Notes: generated from the letters alone by a model not told the origin. Positions 1 to 10,825 are shown, numbered from the stretch's first letter. The stretch: DNA of 64,000 nucleotides from an uncultured Campylobacterales bacterium (GCA_964520575.1 CAZFNK010000008.1:2458-66457); one strand, 5' to 3'. Numbers and translations are program-made.

Positions 1-850
1 AGGACTTTTGTTGCAAAATTTGCTGTTTCATCATAGGCAGCATGGCATCGGCCATGGCTGCTTCTTGTGCAGACATGGTGTTGTCCTGACCGCTGGCGCC
101 CGGGGTGTGCAGCTGGGCAGGCTGGGTGTGTGCGACCGCGGCGGCTGCCTGCAAGAGCGCACCCATGTCGCCGCTCTTATCCTGCGGTGTGGCGCCGCCA
201 AACATCCCGGATACCTCCGGTGGCAAAACTTTTTGTCTAAAGGCGGGCAGCTGGTAGCTTGATGGGGGGATGGCGATATCAAAAGCCGCTTCGGTCGCGA
301 TCTCTGTTTGCCTGACACCCATAACGTTGCTGACGATTTTGAGCGGGACGCCGTGATAGAGACATTGGGTAGCGATGGGCATCTTCCAGACATCGCAGGT
401 ATAGCCCGCTATTTTCTCGGTGCCGATTTTGCGGCCGCCCATCTTGCGCAGCATCGCTTCACCGGTAGGGGTGAGGTTTTGCTGCCCGCTGCCGGCGAGC
501 ATATCCAGTCCAATTGCCGGCAGTTTGGTCAGGGTCTTTTGGCCAAAATCAGCATGCGTCACCTGTTTACCTGTGCGCAGATCGAGGGTGTGGGTTTTCT
601 CTTTTTGTTTTTGGCCGAAGATATTCATTGTCTGCACGCGTGCCTCTTCGATCAGTTCGCGGTAGCCGTATTGGTCGAAAATACGGCGTTTTTTGCCCCG
701 GATTTTCAGGGCCTGGTTGCCGCCGCTGAGTGTGTAGGTGATCTTGCCGCTGCGCACGTCGTACATCTTGAAAGCCGGCGAGCCGGCAAGCATCGGCATA
801 GACAGTATGCCAAAAGTTATCATCAAAGCGCTCAAGGTGTTTTGTTTCAT
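1..850 (-). CDS. hypothetical secreted protein, partial (3' end lies beyond window start)
   Basis: ATG at 850-848 (minus) with GGAGG 6 nt upstream (rc of 857-861). The N-terminus MKQNTLSALMITFGILSMPMLAG is signal-peptide-like. Hand translation keeps this frame open down to base 2, which explains its absence from the ORF track. The + strand ORFs 8-262 and 308-871 are antisense shadows. No family recognised. Confidence 0.55.
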   Translation of the reverse strand, partial: MKQNTLSALMITFGILSMPMLAGSPAFKMYDVRSGKITYTLSGGNQALKIRGKKRRIFDQYGYRELIEEARVQTMNIFGQKQKEKTHTLDLRTGKQVTHADFGQKTLTKLPAIGLDMLAGSGQQNLTPTGEAMLRKMGGRKIGTEKIAGYTCDVWKMPIATQCLYHGVPLKIVSNVMGVRQTEIATEAAFDIAIPPSSYQLPAFRQKVLPPEVSGMFGGATPQDKSGDMGALLQAAAAVAHTQPAQLHTPGASGQDNTMSAQEAAMADAMLPMMKQQILQQKS

Positions 851-1306
851 CTTTTGCCTCCTATTTGCTGAAAAGTTCCAGATCGGCCTGCCCCAGTAGT
901 AGCGCCCCTCTTTGGGTGTGGCACATTTGCGATCAGCGTGTTCTTCTATCCAGTAGCCCTACATTCGCTGTGGATAGGTCATCTGGGCGACGGAGCGGAG
1001 CGCGTCGCGAGTGATAACGACCTTGTTGACCCCGTCGATCTGCCCCCACACGCTCCCGCTAGCATCGTAGATGATCATGGGGCCTTTGAGGTAGCAAAAA
1101 GAAAGCTAAGAATAGAAAAAAGAGACCTGCAATACATTTCATTTTTTGCTCCTTAAAAGCTTATGATGTGAGAGTTTGACAACTCACTGCTATATCCTAT
1201 CATAATAAGTGAGCAAAAAAGTGACAAAAGATCCCAAAAAAGCTGTCAAAAAGTAAAATAGCTGCACAAACGGCTATAATAGTGTCAAAGAAAACGAGGA
1301 AGAAAC

Positions 1307-2050
1307 ATGCCACACTACATACTGTTTGACACGGAAACGACCGGCAATCGCCCCGAAGACCGCATCATACAGATAGGAGCAATGATAGTCAAAAGCAAGG
1401 ATCACATAGAGGTGTATAACGAACTGTGCAGCACTGATGTGCCAATATCACTTGAAGCTATGGAGGTACACAATATCACCCCCGATATCATTGCCGGCAG
1501 ACCCGCTTATTCTGAGTCGAGCTTCTCAGCAAGGATTGAGGAGCTCAACAACAAGGAAAACTTCCTTGTGGCTCACAATATAGATTTTGATCTGGGTATG
1601 TTGGAGAAAGAGGGTTTTGTCAGTCAATACCAAAAGATTGACACAGTCCGATGCGCCAGACATCTATACCCTGATCTGCCTCACCACAGGCTGCAGTATC
1701 TCAGATATGCTCTTGAGCTCTATAAAGATGAAGAGAGAGAATCACAAAAACTTGGGGTCAAGATCAAAGCCCATGATGCCATAGGTGATGTCGTGATACT
1801 AAAGCTGCTCTTTTCTAGACTTATTAAAAGGTCGCGAGAGCTTTTTCCTGACATCAACCCCATAGAAAAGATGGTTGAGCTAACATATACTCCCGTACTG
1901 TTAAAAAGATTCAAATTTGGTAAATACAGGGGTGAGGATATTGAGACTGTTGCTTCGAAAGATATGGGCTATCTAAAATGGATGAGACAAAATCTGGACC
2001 TAGACGATGATCTCAAATATACTCTTGATCACTATATTGAACAAATTTAA
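1307..2050 (+). CDS. DEDDh 3'-5' exonuclease (DnaQ/ExoX-like) with C-terminal KFGKYRG..W module
   Basis: Exo motifs ILFDTETTG, VAHNIDFD and HDAIGDV. The C-terminal FKFGKYRGEDIE...YLKWM resembles the ExoX C-terminal / DUF3820-type module. GAGGAAG RBS lies before the ATG. Confidence 0.8.
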   Translation: MPHYILFDTETTGNRPEDRIIQIGAMIVKSKDHIEVYNELCSTDVPISLEAMEVHNITPDIIAGRPAYSESSFSARIEELNNKENFLVAHNIDFDLGMLEKEGFVSQYQKIDTVRCARHLYPDLPHHRLQYLRYALELYKDEERESQKLGVKIKAHDAIGDVVILKLLFSRLIKRSRELFPDINPIEKMVELTYTPVLLKRFKFGKYRGEDIETVASKDMGYLKWMRQNLDLDDDLKYTLDHYIEQI

Positions 2051-2057
2051 TATTATA

Positions 2058-2066
2058 TGATATAAT
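2058..2066 (+). promoter_or_regulatory. extended -10 promoter element (TGaTATAAT)
   Basis: TGATATAAT lies about 30 nt upstream of the 2097 start codon. The same tgatataatatca string recurs at 56058 upstream of another gene. Confidence 0.4.
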
Positions 2067-2096
2067 ATCAAAAAATATCAGGTATCGGGTGGATAG

Positions 2097-2426
2097 ATGG
2101 AAGATAAATTCTCCAAGTTGGATTTGGAATTGCCTTATATGGAGATGGGCTCGGGCTTTATGATAGGCCTGTCTGTCGGATATGTACTCAAAAAAAGCTT
2201 CAAGCTTCTATTGTTTTTGACGGGGCTGGTGATAATCGCTATGTTTGTACTTGAAAATCAGCATATCATAGTCATAAATGAGGATTCACTCGACCAAAAT
2301 ATAGCTTTGGGTACCGAGGCGTTCAAGCATTTTGCAATATTTCTCAAGGAGAGAATTTCATCATTGAAAATCGCCGGCGGCATCAGTGCTGCAGCAGGCT
2401 TTATTGCCGGCTTGAAAATGGGATAA
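2097..2426 (+). CDS. FUN14-family small membrane protein
   Basis: 109 aa with Gly-rich TM segments MGSGFMIGLSVGYVLKK and GGISAAAGFIAGLKMG, typical of FUN14. Confidence 0.6.
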   Translation: MEDKFSKLDLELPYMEMGSGFMIGLSVGYVLKKSFKLLLFLTGLVIIAMFVLENQHIIVINEDSLDQNIALGTEAFKHFAIFLKERISSLKIAGGISAAAGFIAGLKMG

Positions 2427-2427
2427 A

Positions 2428-3510
2428 ATGTTAGTCCATATCTGCTGCGCTGTTGACAGCCACTATTTTCTCCAGAAGCTGCGTGAGGATTATCCCGATG
2501 AGAAGCTTGTCGGCTTTTTTTATGACCCCAATATACATCCCTACAGCGAATACTACCTGCGCCTGCTTGAGGTTCGTCGAAGCTGTAAACTTCTCGATAT
2601 TGAGCTGATAGAGGGTGAGTATGATATGGCAGGCTGGCTCGATGCTGTCAGAGGACTTGAGAATGAGCCGGAAAAGGGTGCCAGATGCAGCGTATGCTTC
2701 GACCACAGATTTGAGGCAAGTGCACGGAAAGCTGCTGAGCTTGGCGAGAAGATATTTACCTCTACACTCCTGACATCTCCCAAAAAATCACTCTCACAGC
2801 TCAAGGACTCCGGAGAAGCTATCGCCAAGCGCTATGGGCTTGAGTTTATAGCTCCGGATTATCGTCAGGCATCTGGCACACAGGAGCAGAACAGACTTGC
2901 CAAAGAGTCACAGCTATACAGGCAGGATTACTGCGGATGCGTCTTTGCGCTGAGCGCTCAGCGAGAGCAGCAGGAGAGGATAAGTGATGAGCTGATGGCG
3001 CCGGTATCAGGGCAGGTACAGCCTGAGTCCATAGAAGAGCGTATCCAAATGTATGAGCACAGGATAGAGCTTGAAGAGAGCGCTATCCCATATGTTATAG
3101 TCAAAAAGAGATTTCTAAACTGGCGCCTAAGATCAGCCCTGCTTAGTTCAAAGACAGGAGTAGTTCCCGCTCATGTGCTCCCCTACTCTACACTTAGAAG
3201 ATCATATACCAGAGGCAAGATAGAAAAAGAGGCCAACGGTATATACTATCTGGGCAGGGACGAAGTGAAGTTTGTAACTCTGGATCATTACAATACCATA
3301 GCCGATACCGACTATTCAAAATGCAAGGATCTTATTTTCTCGCCGCCGGCATTTGATAAGGAACTTGAAATAAGGTACAGACTTGTTGGACAACCATATG
3401 ATCTCAGTACCATACTGGTGGTAGATGAGATTCCCTTGGGCAAAATAGAGCTTAGACTCGATGCAGTGACATATGAAGATGTAAAAGAGACTATCGAGAA
3501 GAACGGTTAA
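2428..3510 (+). CDS. queH: epoxyqueuosine reductase QueH (DUF208) with long C-terminal extension
   Basis: The N-terminal 190 aa carry the DUF208/QueH cysteine pattern (HICCAVDS, RCSVCFDHRF, YRQDYCGC). About 170 further residues have no family I recognise. Confidence 0.8.
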   Translation: MLVHICCAVDSHYFLQKLREDYPDEKLVGFFYDPNIHPYSEYYLRLLEVRRSCKLLDIELIEGEYDMAGWLDAVRGLENEPEKGARCSVCFDHRFEASARKAAELGEKIFTSTLLTSPKKSLSQLKDSGEAIAKRYGLEFIAPDYRQASGTQEQNRLAKESQLYRQDYCGCVFALSAQREQQERISDELMAPVSGQVQPESIEERIQMYEHRIELEESAIPYVIVKKRFLNWRLRSALLSSKTGVVPAHVLPYSTLRRSYTRGKIEKEANGIYYLGRDEVKFVTLDHYNTIADTDYSKCKDLIFSPPAFDKELEIRYRLVGQPYDLSTILVVDEIPLGKIELRLDAVTYEDVKETIEKNG

Positions 3511-3574
3511 CCCCATATTTACCTCTTTTAGGTAGAATACCACACTAAATTACAATCAAAATCAAGGACTGTTA

Positions 3575-4033
3575 GTGCTGTATGATGTAAATGATATTCA
3601 GAAGATATTGCCTCACCGTTACCCTTTTTTGCTTGTTGAGCGTGTCACTGAGATGAAAGTCGGAGAATCCATAGTTGCTTACAAAAATGTCTCTATCTCT
3701 GAACCTGTATTTCAGGGACATTTTCCAGGTAGACCTATCTACCCAGGTGTAATGATCATTGAGGGTATGGCCCAAGCAGGAGCTATTCTGGCCTTTGAGA
3801 GTCTACCCAAAGAGAGTGTGGACATCTCAGAAAAGATAGTCTATTTCATGAGTATAGACAAAGCCAAATTTAGAGTTCCCGTCACTCCTGGTGACAGACT
3901 TGAGTATAGGGTGAGCGTGCTCAAACAAAAAGGTGCCGTTTGGGTTTTCAAGGCAGAAGCATATGTCGATGACAAACTTGTATCCGAGGCAGAGCTTAAA
4001 GCCATGGCAGCGGACAATCAGGACAAACAATAA
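3575..4033 (+). CDS. fabZ: 3-hydroxyacyl-ACP dehydratase FabZ
   Basis: [14 protein letters not shown] and [22 protein letters not shown] hot-dog motifs. GTG start after AAGGA. The stop overlaps the clpX start (TAATG 4031-4035). Confidence 0.93.
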   Translation: MLYDVNDIQKILPHRYPFLLVERVTEMKVGESIVAYKNVSISEPVFQGHFPGRPIYPGVMIIEGMAQAGAILAFESLPKESVDISEKIVYFMSIDKAKFRVPVTPGDRLEYRVSVLKQKGAVWVFKAEAYVDDKLVSEAELKAMAADNQDKQ

Positions 4034-5241
4034 TGAAAAAATGCAGTTTTTGTGACAGTCTCGAGAGAGAAGAAAACCCTCTTATCGCCGGTAACAATGC
4101 CTATATATGCTCCAACTGTGTAGTCTCTGCCTATAAGATCCTTTTTGGTGACGAGGAAGGTAAAAGCCATGAGCCCTTCGACATCAACATGCTCGCTCCA
4201 AAGGAGATCAAGGCGCATCTTGATGAGTATGTGATCGGTCAAGAAAGAGCCAAAAAAACCCTCTCTGTTGCAGTCTATAATCACTATAAACGTGTTTTGA
4301 AAGAAAAAAGTGACAATGATACCGATATAGCCAAATCAAATGTACTGCTTATAGGCCCTACCGGCAGCGGCAAAACCCTGCTGGCTCAGACGATTGCGCG
4401 TTTTCTTGATGTGCCTATAGCTATCACTGATGCTACAAATCTGACAGAAGCGGGATATGTGGGTGAAGATGTAGAGAATATCCTTACCAAGCTGCTTCAG
4501 TCCGCAGACGGCGATGTGGAGCGTGCCCAGAGAGGAATAGTATTTATCGACGAAGTTGACAAGATAGCTCGGATGGGCGAGAACCGATCCATCACAAGAG
4601 ACGTATCTGGCGAAGGGGTGCAGCAGGCCCTGCTCAAGATAATAGAGGGTTCTGTCGTCAATATATCCCCAAAAGGCGGACGCAAGCATCCCAATCAAGA
4701 CTTCATACAGATAGATACCACTGACATACTCTTCATATGCGGTGGTGCTTTTGATGGTCTAAATGACATCATCAAGCGCCGACTGGGGGGCAATACACTT
4801 GGGTTTGGGCAGACCAAAAGGAGCAAAAGTGAAGAAGAGGAACTACTCCACAGAGTCGAGCCCGATGATCTGGTCAGCTACGGCCTCATTCCTGAGCTCA
4901 TCGGAAGACTCCATATCACTGCTACACTCGAGAAGATCAACATAGAAGATATGGTGCATATACTTACAAAGCCAAAAAATGCACTGGTCAAACAATATAC
5001 CAAACTTTTCGAACTTGACGGTGTCGGGCTGACTTTTATGCCAGAGACTCTCGAGGCAATAGCCCAAAAAGCCATAGAGAGAAAAACAGGGGCCAGAGGG
5101 CTCAGATCTATCCTTGAAGAGACGTTGCTTGATGTAATGTATCAGCTTCCGGAACTCTCAGGATATGAAGTGGTCATTACGCCTGAGGTGATCACAGGCA
5201 ATGCCGATCCGCTATATATCAAAAACAAGAAAACCGCTTAG
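4033..5241 (+). CDS. clpX: ATP-dependent Clp protease ATP-binding subunit ClpX
   Basis: N-terminal zinc finger CSFCDS...CSNCV, Walker A GPTGSGKT, Walker B VFIDEVDK. Confidence 0.97.
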   Translation: MKKCSFCDSLEREENPLIAGNNAYICSNCVVSAYKILFGDEEGKSHEPFDINMLAPKEIKAHLDEYVIGQERAKKTLSVAVYNHYKRVLKEKSDNDTDIAKSNVLLIGPTGSGKTLLAQTIARFLDVPIAITDATNLTEAGYVGEDVENILTKLLQSADGDVERAQRGIVFIDEVDKIARMGENRSITRDVSGEGVQQALLKIIEGSVVNISPKGGRKHPNQDFIQIDTTDILFICGGAFDGLNDIIKRRLGGNTLGFGQTKRSKSEEEELLHRVEPDDLVSYGLIPELIGRLHITATLEKINIEDMVHILTKPKNALVKQYTKLFELDGVGLTFMPETLEAIAQKAIERKTGARGLRSILEETLLDVMYQLPELSGYEVVITPEVITGNADPLYIKNKKTA

Positions 5242-5255
5242 AAGGGTAGACAGAT

Positions 5256-6299
5256 ATGGGAATATTCAAAAAATTTTTCGGGACCTTCTCCAAAGATCTG
5301 GCAATAGATCTGGGGACTGCCAATATACTTGTCTTGGTCAAAGGACAGGGAATAAGCATCAATGAGCCGTCAGTGGTCGCCATCCAGGTGGACAAACACG
5401 GCCAGGAGAGAGTTTTGGCAGTAGGACGCGAAGCCAAGGAGATGGTGGGCAAGACACCTGGCAATATCAAGGCGATTCGCCCTATGAAGGATGGTGTGAT
5501 CGCCGATTTCCAAGTCACTGAGATGATGATAGAGCATTTCATCAACAAAGTCCACGGCCGCAAGATGTTTTCTGCCCCGCGTATAGTCATCTGTGTGCCT
5601 TACGGCTTAACCCAGGTTGAGAGAAAAGCGGTCAGAGAATCTGCCATCAACGCCGGTGCCAGGGCAGTGTTCCTTATAGAAGAGCCTATGGCCGCTGCCA
5701 TAGGGGCAGGACTGCCGGTTAGAAATCCAAACGGCAACCTTGTAGTGGATATTGGCGGCGGTACTACCGAAATAGGTGTCATCTCCCTTGGGGGGCTTGT
5801 CATCAGCAAATCTCTTCGTGTTGCAGGCGACAAGCTTGATGCTGCCATTGTCGATTATGTGAAGAAAAAATTCAATCTTCTTATAGGTGATCGCATAGCT
5901 GAGGAGCTAAAGATCAAAATAGGGACCGCCGTGAAGCTTGATGAAGAGCTCAAGACCCATGTAAGAGGTCGAGATCAGGTCGAAGGGATTTTGACATCTG
6001 CCGAAGTAACAAGCGAGCACCTAAGAGAAGCGATGGAAGAGCCGCTTAGACAGATCGCTGAAGCCCTCAAAAGTGTACTTGAGGAAACTCCGCCTGATTT
6101 GGCAGGAGACATAGTCCAAAACGGGGTAGTCTTGACAGGCGGCGGTGCTTTGATACGAGGGCTTGATAAGTATATTTCTGATTTTGTCAAGCTGCCTGTC
6201 TATGTCGCAGAAGACCCTTTGCTTGCAGTAGCCAAAGGTACAGGAAAGGCACTTGAAGAACTTGACCTGTTGCAGCAAACGAGTTTTGACGATCAGTAG
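5256..6299 (+). CDS. mreB: rod shape-determining protein MreB
   Basis: Actin-like ATPase motifs DLGTANILV and VVDIGGGTTE. 347 aa. Confidence 0.97.
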   Translation: MGIFKKFFGTFSKDLAIDLGTANILVLVKGQGISINEPSVVAIQVDKHGQERVLAVGREAKEMVGKTPGNIKAIRPMKDGVIADFQVTEMMIEHFINKVHGRKMFSAPRIVICVPYGLTQVERKAVRESAINAGARAVFLIEEPMAAAIGAGLPVRNPNGNLVVDIGGGTTEIGVISLGGLVISKSLRVAGDKLDAAIVDYVKKKFNLLIGDRIAEELKIKIGTAVKLDEELKTHVRGRDQVEGILTSAEVTSEHLREAMEEPLRQIAEALKSVLEETPPDLAGDIVQNGVVLTGGGALIRGLDKYISDFVKLPVYVAEDPLLAVAKGTGKALEELDLLQQTSFDDQ

Positions 6300-6314
6300 A
6301 TATAGTTTTTTCAG

Positions 6315-7487
6315 ATGAAATCAAGAATAATTTTTATCTTGCTGCTGCTTATCGCACTTTTTGTGCTTGTGGCACGGAGCAATCATGCAGTACAGGATTT
6401 TATTCTTGATATCATCAGTCCGATAAAGCAGTACTACAAAAATCTTACAAGATCAGTCAAAGATCGCGGCGAGAGTTATATTTTTCAAAAAGAGAATATA
6501 CAGAAACTGACCAAGGAGAACAAGGTTCTGCGCAAATACCTGCTTGATCAGACTCACTATCTGCAGCAAGTCTCTTCTCTTTACAAAAAAATTCCTTCGC
6601 TCGAAAAATTGCCCCATAGGAGTATAGAGCTGGTCAACACTATATCATACATAAGACTGAACAGTTTTAATGAGATTATGCTTACCCGACCCAAAAAGGC
6701 AAAATTGGCAGAAGGGCGTGTCTATGGCCTGATACAAAACGATGTGGTAGGAGGCACAGCCGTCCTTAAGGGCAACCATCTCTATGGTTATCTCGCATCA
6801 AACTCCAGATGCAGATTTGGTGTATTTGTTGGCAAAAGCAGATCGCCTGGCATCGCAGAGGGGATAGACAAAGATACTATGGCAGTAAAGTTTATCCCCA
6901 AGTGGTCAAAAATAGAAGTGGGAGACAAAGTAGAAACAAGCGGACTTGACGGCATATTCTTTGCCAACGTGCCCGTAGGAACGGTCAAAGAGGTCAAGAT
7001 AGAAAACAGTTACAAAACAGCATATATAAAAATATACGCCGACACTTTGCATCCAGACTATTTTTTCATGATCACCGACCCCAGTCCTTACCTGATATCC
7101 GCTTATGACAAAAACAATACACATTTTGATACAAATGCTACGGCAATACTCACCAATCGCGAGCTACAGGAGAAAAAAATAAGCAGTATTCCCGAGGCAA
7201 TACAGACGCAGGAAAATACCGTCAACCCGGAAGAGTTTGAGATTCCCAGTGAAAATGTGGCGATCAAGCCGCCAAAGCCCCCGTTTGTTTTCCTTCATTC
7301 TAAGAACAAAAAGAAAAAAATAAAAAAGAAAGTCAAAAAGAAAAAAGAGAATCCAATAGCAGCCCAGCAGGACAGTCAAGCAGCACCTCAGATCGAGAAA
7401 ACCTCTGCAAGTACTCCCCCTTCTCCCCTGCCAAAACCCAAAAAGCGCAAATCGGCAATGGATTTCATAAACGGCCGCGGATTCTAG
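6315..7487 (+). CDS. mreC: rod shape-determining protein MreC with Lys/Pro-rich C-terminal tail
   Basis: Lies directly downstream of mreB. N-terminal TM, coiled-coil segment and beta-rich core (GLDGIFFANVPVGTV). The C-terminal 120 aa are low complexity (KNKKKKIKKKVKKKKENP...PPSPLPKPKKRK). Confidence 0.85.
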   Translation: MKSRIIFILLLLIALFVLVARSNHAVQDFILDIISPIKQYYKNLTRSVKDRGESYIFQKENIQKLTKENKVLRKYLLDQTHYLQQVSSLYKKIPSLEKLPHRSIELVNTISYIRLNSFNEIMLTRPKKAKLAEGRVYGLIQNDVVGGTAVLKGNHLYGYLASNSRCRFGVFVGKSRSPGIAEGIDKDTMAVKFIPKWSKIEVGDKVETSGLDGIFFANVPVGTVKEVKIENSYKTAYIKIYADTLHPDYFFMITDPSPYLISAYDKNNTHFDTNATAILTNRELQEKKISSIPEAIQTQENTVNPEEFEIPSENVAIKPPKPPFVFLHSKNKKKKIKKKVKKKKENPIAAQQDSQAAPQIEKTSASTPPSPLPKPKKRKSAMDFINGRGF

Positions 7488-7543
7488 CGACCTCTAACCT
7501 CTCCTTGGATATAATATCAAACTAAAATCAAGGGTATTTCTTC

Positions 7544-10500
7544 ATGCCAAAACGCAACGACATCCATACTGTATTGTTGATCGGTTCGGGTCCCATAGTG
7601 ATAGGCCAGGCTTGCGAATTCGACTATTCCGGCACCCAGGCAGCCAAAACTCTTAAAGAGCTTGGATATCGGGTAGTGCTGATCAACTCCAACCCCGCTA
7701 CCATCATGACCGATCCCGAGTTTGCTGATCGAACCTATATAGAACCAATTACAGAAGAGGTGATACATAAGATAATACAAAAAGAGAAAATTGATGCCAT
7801 ACTTCCTACTATGGGTGGACAGACGGCACTCAATGTCGCCATGAGCATGTACGAAAAAGGGATGCTTGATGGCGTTGAATTCCTCGGCGCCGATCCGGTT
7901 GCGATCAAAAAGGGTGAAGATAGGCAGGCGTTTAAAGAAGCTATGATAAAGATAGGGATGGATCTGCCTATATCCCGTTATGCTTACAATATGGACGAAG
8001 CTCTTGATGCCGCCAAAGAGATCGGCTTCCCTCTGATCATCAGAGCATCCTATACACTCGCCGGCGGAGGTTCGGGTGTAGCATACAATATGGATGAGTA
8101 CAAAGAGATAGTCAAAGGCGGACTTGAGGCCAGTCCTATTAGTGAGATACTTATAGAAGAGTCTCTGTTGGGCTGGAAAGAGTATGAAATGGAAGTCATC
8201 AGGGACAGAGAAGATAACTGCATTATAGTCTGCTCTATAGAAAATCTCGATCCTATGGGTGTGCATACTGGAGATTCTATCACAATAGCCCCTGCTCTGA
8301 CATTGACAGACAAAGAGTATCAACATATGCGTGACGCATCGTTTGCTATTTTGCGCGAGATAGGTGTAGATACCGGAGGATCAAACGTACAGTTTGCCAT
8401 ACATCCTGATACCGGCAGAATGATCGTCATCGAAATGAATCCAAGAGTATCGCGCTCATCTGCGCTAGCATCCAAGGCTACAGGATATCCCATAGCCAAA
8501 GTAGCCACTATGCTCGCTGTCGGTTTTACGCTGGATGAGATTACCAACGACATCACCGGTACGCCGGCAAGCTTCGAGCCTGTTATTGACTATATAGTTA
8601 CCAAACTCCCCCGATTCACATTTGAGAAGTTCCCTATGGCAGATTCTACACTCACCACCTCTATGAAATCTGTCGGCGAGGCTATGAGTATCGGACGTAC
8701 ATTCAAAGAATCTATCCAAAAAGCTCTCCAGTCACTTGAGACCGGTCTTAGCGGCTTTGAGTCGCTGGAGTGTGACGATGATGAGTTGCGGCGAGAGATA
8801 AGGCGACCCAACCAAAACAGGTTGCTTTATGTTTTTGAAGCGCTTAGAAGAGGATTGAGTGTTGATGAGATATATGATCTATCCAAAATAGACAAGTGGT
8901 TTTTGTATCAGTTTGAAGAGCTTGCCAAAAGAGAAGAAGAGATTGATATCGATATATTAAATGACGGTAAAAGGCTTCGGGTTTTAAAAAGCGAAGGCTT
9001 CAGTGATGCTATGATAGCCAAAATCTTAAATCAAAAAGAGGGCCTTGAACTAAGCGAAAACGATATATATAACGCCAGAGAAAAACTCGGTATCAAGCTG
9101 GAGTACAATGAGGTTGACACTTGTGCTGCCGAATTCAAAGCCCTCACCCCATATTTGTACTCAACGACAAACATCACCCACTTTGACAGGCTCAGCGACA
9201 AAGAGGTGCCTGTGCCTGCCGAAGACAATAAAAAAGTTCTTGTCATAGGCGGCGGTCCAAATCGTATCGGTCAGGGAATAGAATTTGATTACTGCTGCGT
9301 TCATGCTTCTTACGCACTCTCAGATATGGGAATGACCTCTATCATGTACAACTGCAATCCCGAAACTGTCTCTACCGATTATGACACCAGTGATATACTC
9401 TATTTTGAGCCTATAGACTTCGAGCATGTCAGAAGTGTCATAGATGCAGAGCAGCCTGACGGGGTGATAGTGCATTTTGGAGGGCAGACACCGCTAAAAC
9501 TTGCCAAAGGTCTTACGGCCATAGGAGCCAAAATCGCCGGTACCAGTGCCAAGGTTATCGATCTGGCAGAAGACAGAGAGCAGTTTTCGACTTTTATCAA
9601 AGATCTGGGCCTCAAGCAGCCTGCCAATGGAACAGCTTTTGCCAAAGATGAGGCTATGGCGATCGCCAATCGCATCGGCTATCCTGTGCTTGTACGTCCC
9701 AGCTTTGTCCTTGGCGGACGCGGTATGCGTACGGTATATAATGATGAAGAGCTTAGAGAATATATGGATGAAGCCGTCAGGGTATCAAATGACGCTCCTG
9801 TGCTGATAGATAAATTCCTTGACAATGCCATAGAGCTCGATGTCGATGCTATCAGTGACGGCAAGGAGGTCTATATAGGAGCAGTGATGCAGCATATAGA
9901 AGAAGCCGGTATCCATTCGGGGGATTCTGCCTGCTCTTTACCGCCGGTATCAATCTCCAAGAAACTGCAGGATGATGTCAAGAAACAGACAGCCGCCATA
10001 GCATTGGGCCTGGGTGTAGTGGGTCTGCTCAATATCCAGTATGCTATACACAAGGGAGAGATATATCTGATCGAAGTCAATCCCCGCGCTTCTCGCACTG
10101 TTCCTTTTGTCAGCAAGGCGACAGGGGTTCCTCTTGCAAAGGTTGCTACCCGCGTAATGATACAGGGAGATTTGAGGGAGGCTTTAGAGTTCTATGATAG
10201 TTTTGGCGTTGTGGACTTTAAGAAAAAGATCATGGAGCCAAGGCTCAAGAGTCATATAGCAGTCAAGGAGGCAGTATTTCCATTCAACAAACTCCCCGGC
10301 TCAGATCTGATACTTGGTCCTGAAATGAAGTCGACCGGCGAAGTAATGGGTATTTCGGAGACTTTTGGTACAAGTTTTGCAAAGAGTCAATTCGCTACCA
10401 AAAACGACATACCTCTCTCAGGTAAGCTGTTCATATCTCTTACTGAAATAGATAAGCCATATGCAGGAGAGATAGGACGAGAGTTTGCCGATCTTGGATT

Positions 10501-10825
10501 TGATATAGTAGCCACCTCAGGTACGCATGCCGCACTTGAAGCAGCAGGAGTCAAGGCCCAGAAGGTTCTGAAGATCAGCGAAGGAAGACCCAATATAGAC
10601 GACATGATCAAAAATGAAGAGATAGCACTTGCTATAAATACATCTGACAACAAATCAAGCAAAAATGATGCAAAGGTGATCAGACAGTCTGTGCTGGCAA
10701 ACAATGTTCCATACTTTACTACCATTGCTGCTGCTAGAGCTACGGCCATGGCGATCAGAGAGCTCAAGGTGAGCGAAAATTCTCTCGAGCCAAAAGCCTT
10801 GCAAGACTATCTAAGATCCCAATGA
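7544..10825 (+). CDS. carB: carbamoyl-phosphate synthase large subunit
   Basis: 1093 aa with duplicated ATP-grasp halves ([18 protein letters not shown] and [17 protein letters not shown]) and a C-terminal MGS-like domain. Confidence 0.98.
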   Translation: MPKRNDIHTVLLIGSGPIVIGQACEFDYSGTQAAKTLKELGYRVVLINSNPATIMTDPEFADRTYIEPITEEVIHKIIQKEKIDAILPTMGGQTALNVAMSMYEKGMLDGVEFLGADPVAIKKGEDRQAFKEAMIKIGMDLPISRYAYNMDEALDAAKEIGFPLIIRASYTLAGGGSGVAYNMDEYKEIVKGGLEASPISEILIEESLLGWKEYEMEVIRDREDNCIIVCSIENLDPMGVHTGDSITIAPALTLTDKEYQHMRDASFAILREIGVDTGGSNVQFAIHPDTGRMIVIEMNPRVSRSSALASKATGYPIAKVATMLAVGFTLDEITNDITGTPASFEPVIDYIVTKLPRFTFEKFPMADSTLTTSMKSVGEAMSIGRTFKESIQKALQSLETGLSGFESLECDDDELRREIRRPNQNRLLYVFEALRRGLSVDEIYDLSKIDKWFLYQFEELAKREEEIDIDILNDGKRLRVLKSEGFSDAMIAKILNQKEGLELSENDIYNAREKLGIKLEYNEVDTCAAEFKALTPYLYSTTNITHFDRLSDKEVPVPAEDNKKVLVIGGGPNRIGQGIEFDYCCVHASYALSDMGMTSIMYNCNPETVSTDYDTSDILYFEPIDFEHVRSVIDAEQPDGVIVHFGGQTPLKLAKGLTAIGAKIAGTSAKVIDLAEDREQFSTFIKDLGLKQPANGTAFAKDEAMAIANRIGYPVLVRPSFVLGGRGMRTVYNDEELREYMDEAVRVSNDAPVLIDKFLDNAIELDVDAISDGKEVYIGAVMQHIEEAGIHSGDSACSLPPVSISKKLQDDVKKQTAAIALGLGVVGLLNIQYAIHKGEIYLIEVNPRASRTVPFVSKATGVPLAKVATRVMIQGDLREALEFYDSFGVVDFKKKIMEPRLKSHIAVKEAVFPFNKLPGSDLILGPEMKSTGEVMGISETFGTSFAKSQFATKNDIPLSGKLFISLTEIDKPYAGEIGREFADLGFDIVATSGTHAALEAAGVKAQKVLKISEGRPNIDDMIKNEEIALAINTSDNKSSKNDAKVIRQSVLANNVPYFTTIAAARATAMAIRELKVSENSLEPKALQDYLRSQ

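Noticed and set aside
8-871. Several plus-strand ORFs (8-262, 308-871, 420-665, 514-729) and minus ORF 31-393
   Set aside because: All overlap the long open minus-strand frame starting at 850, which has an RBS and signal peptide. Their sequences are Arg/Cys/Pro-rich, as is typical of off-frame reads through GC-rich DNA.
7517-8326. 269-aa minus-strand ORF inside carB
   Set aside because: It is antisense to an unambiguous carB reading frame, has low-complexity junk-like sequence and lacks an RBS. It is a shadow ORF.
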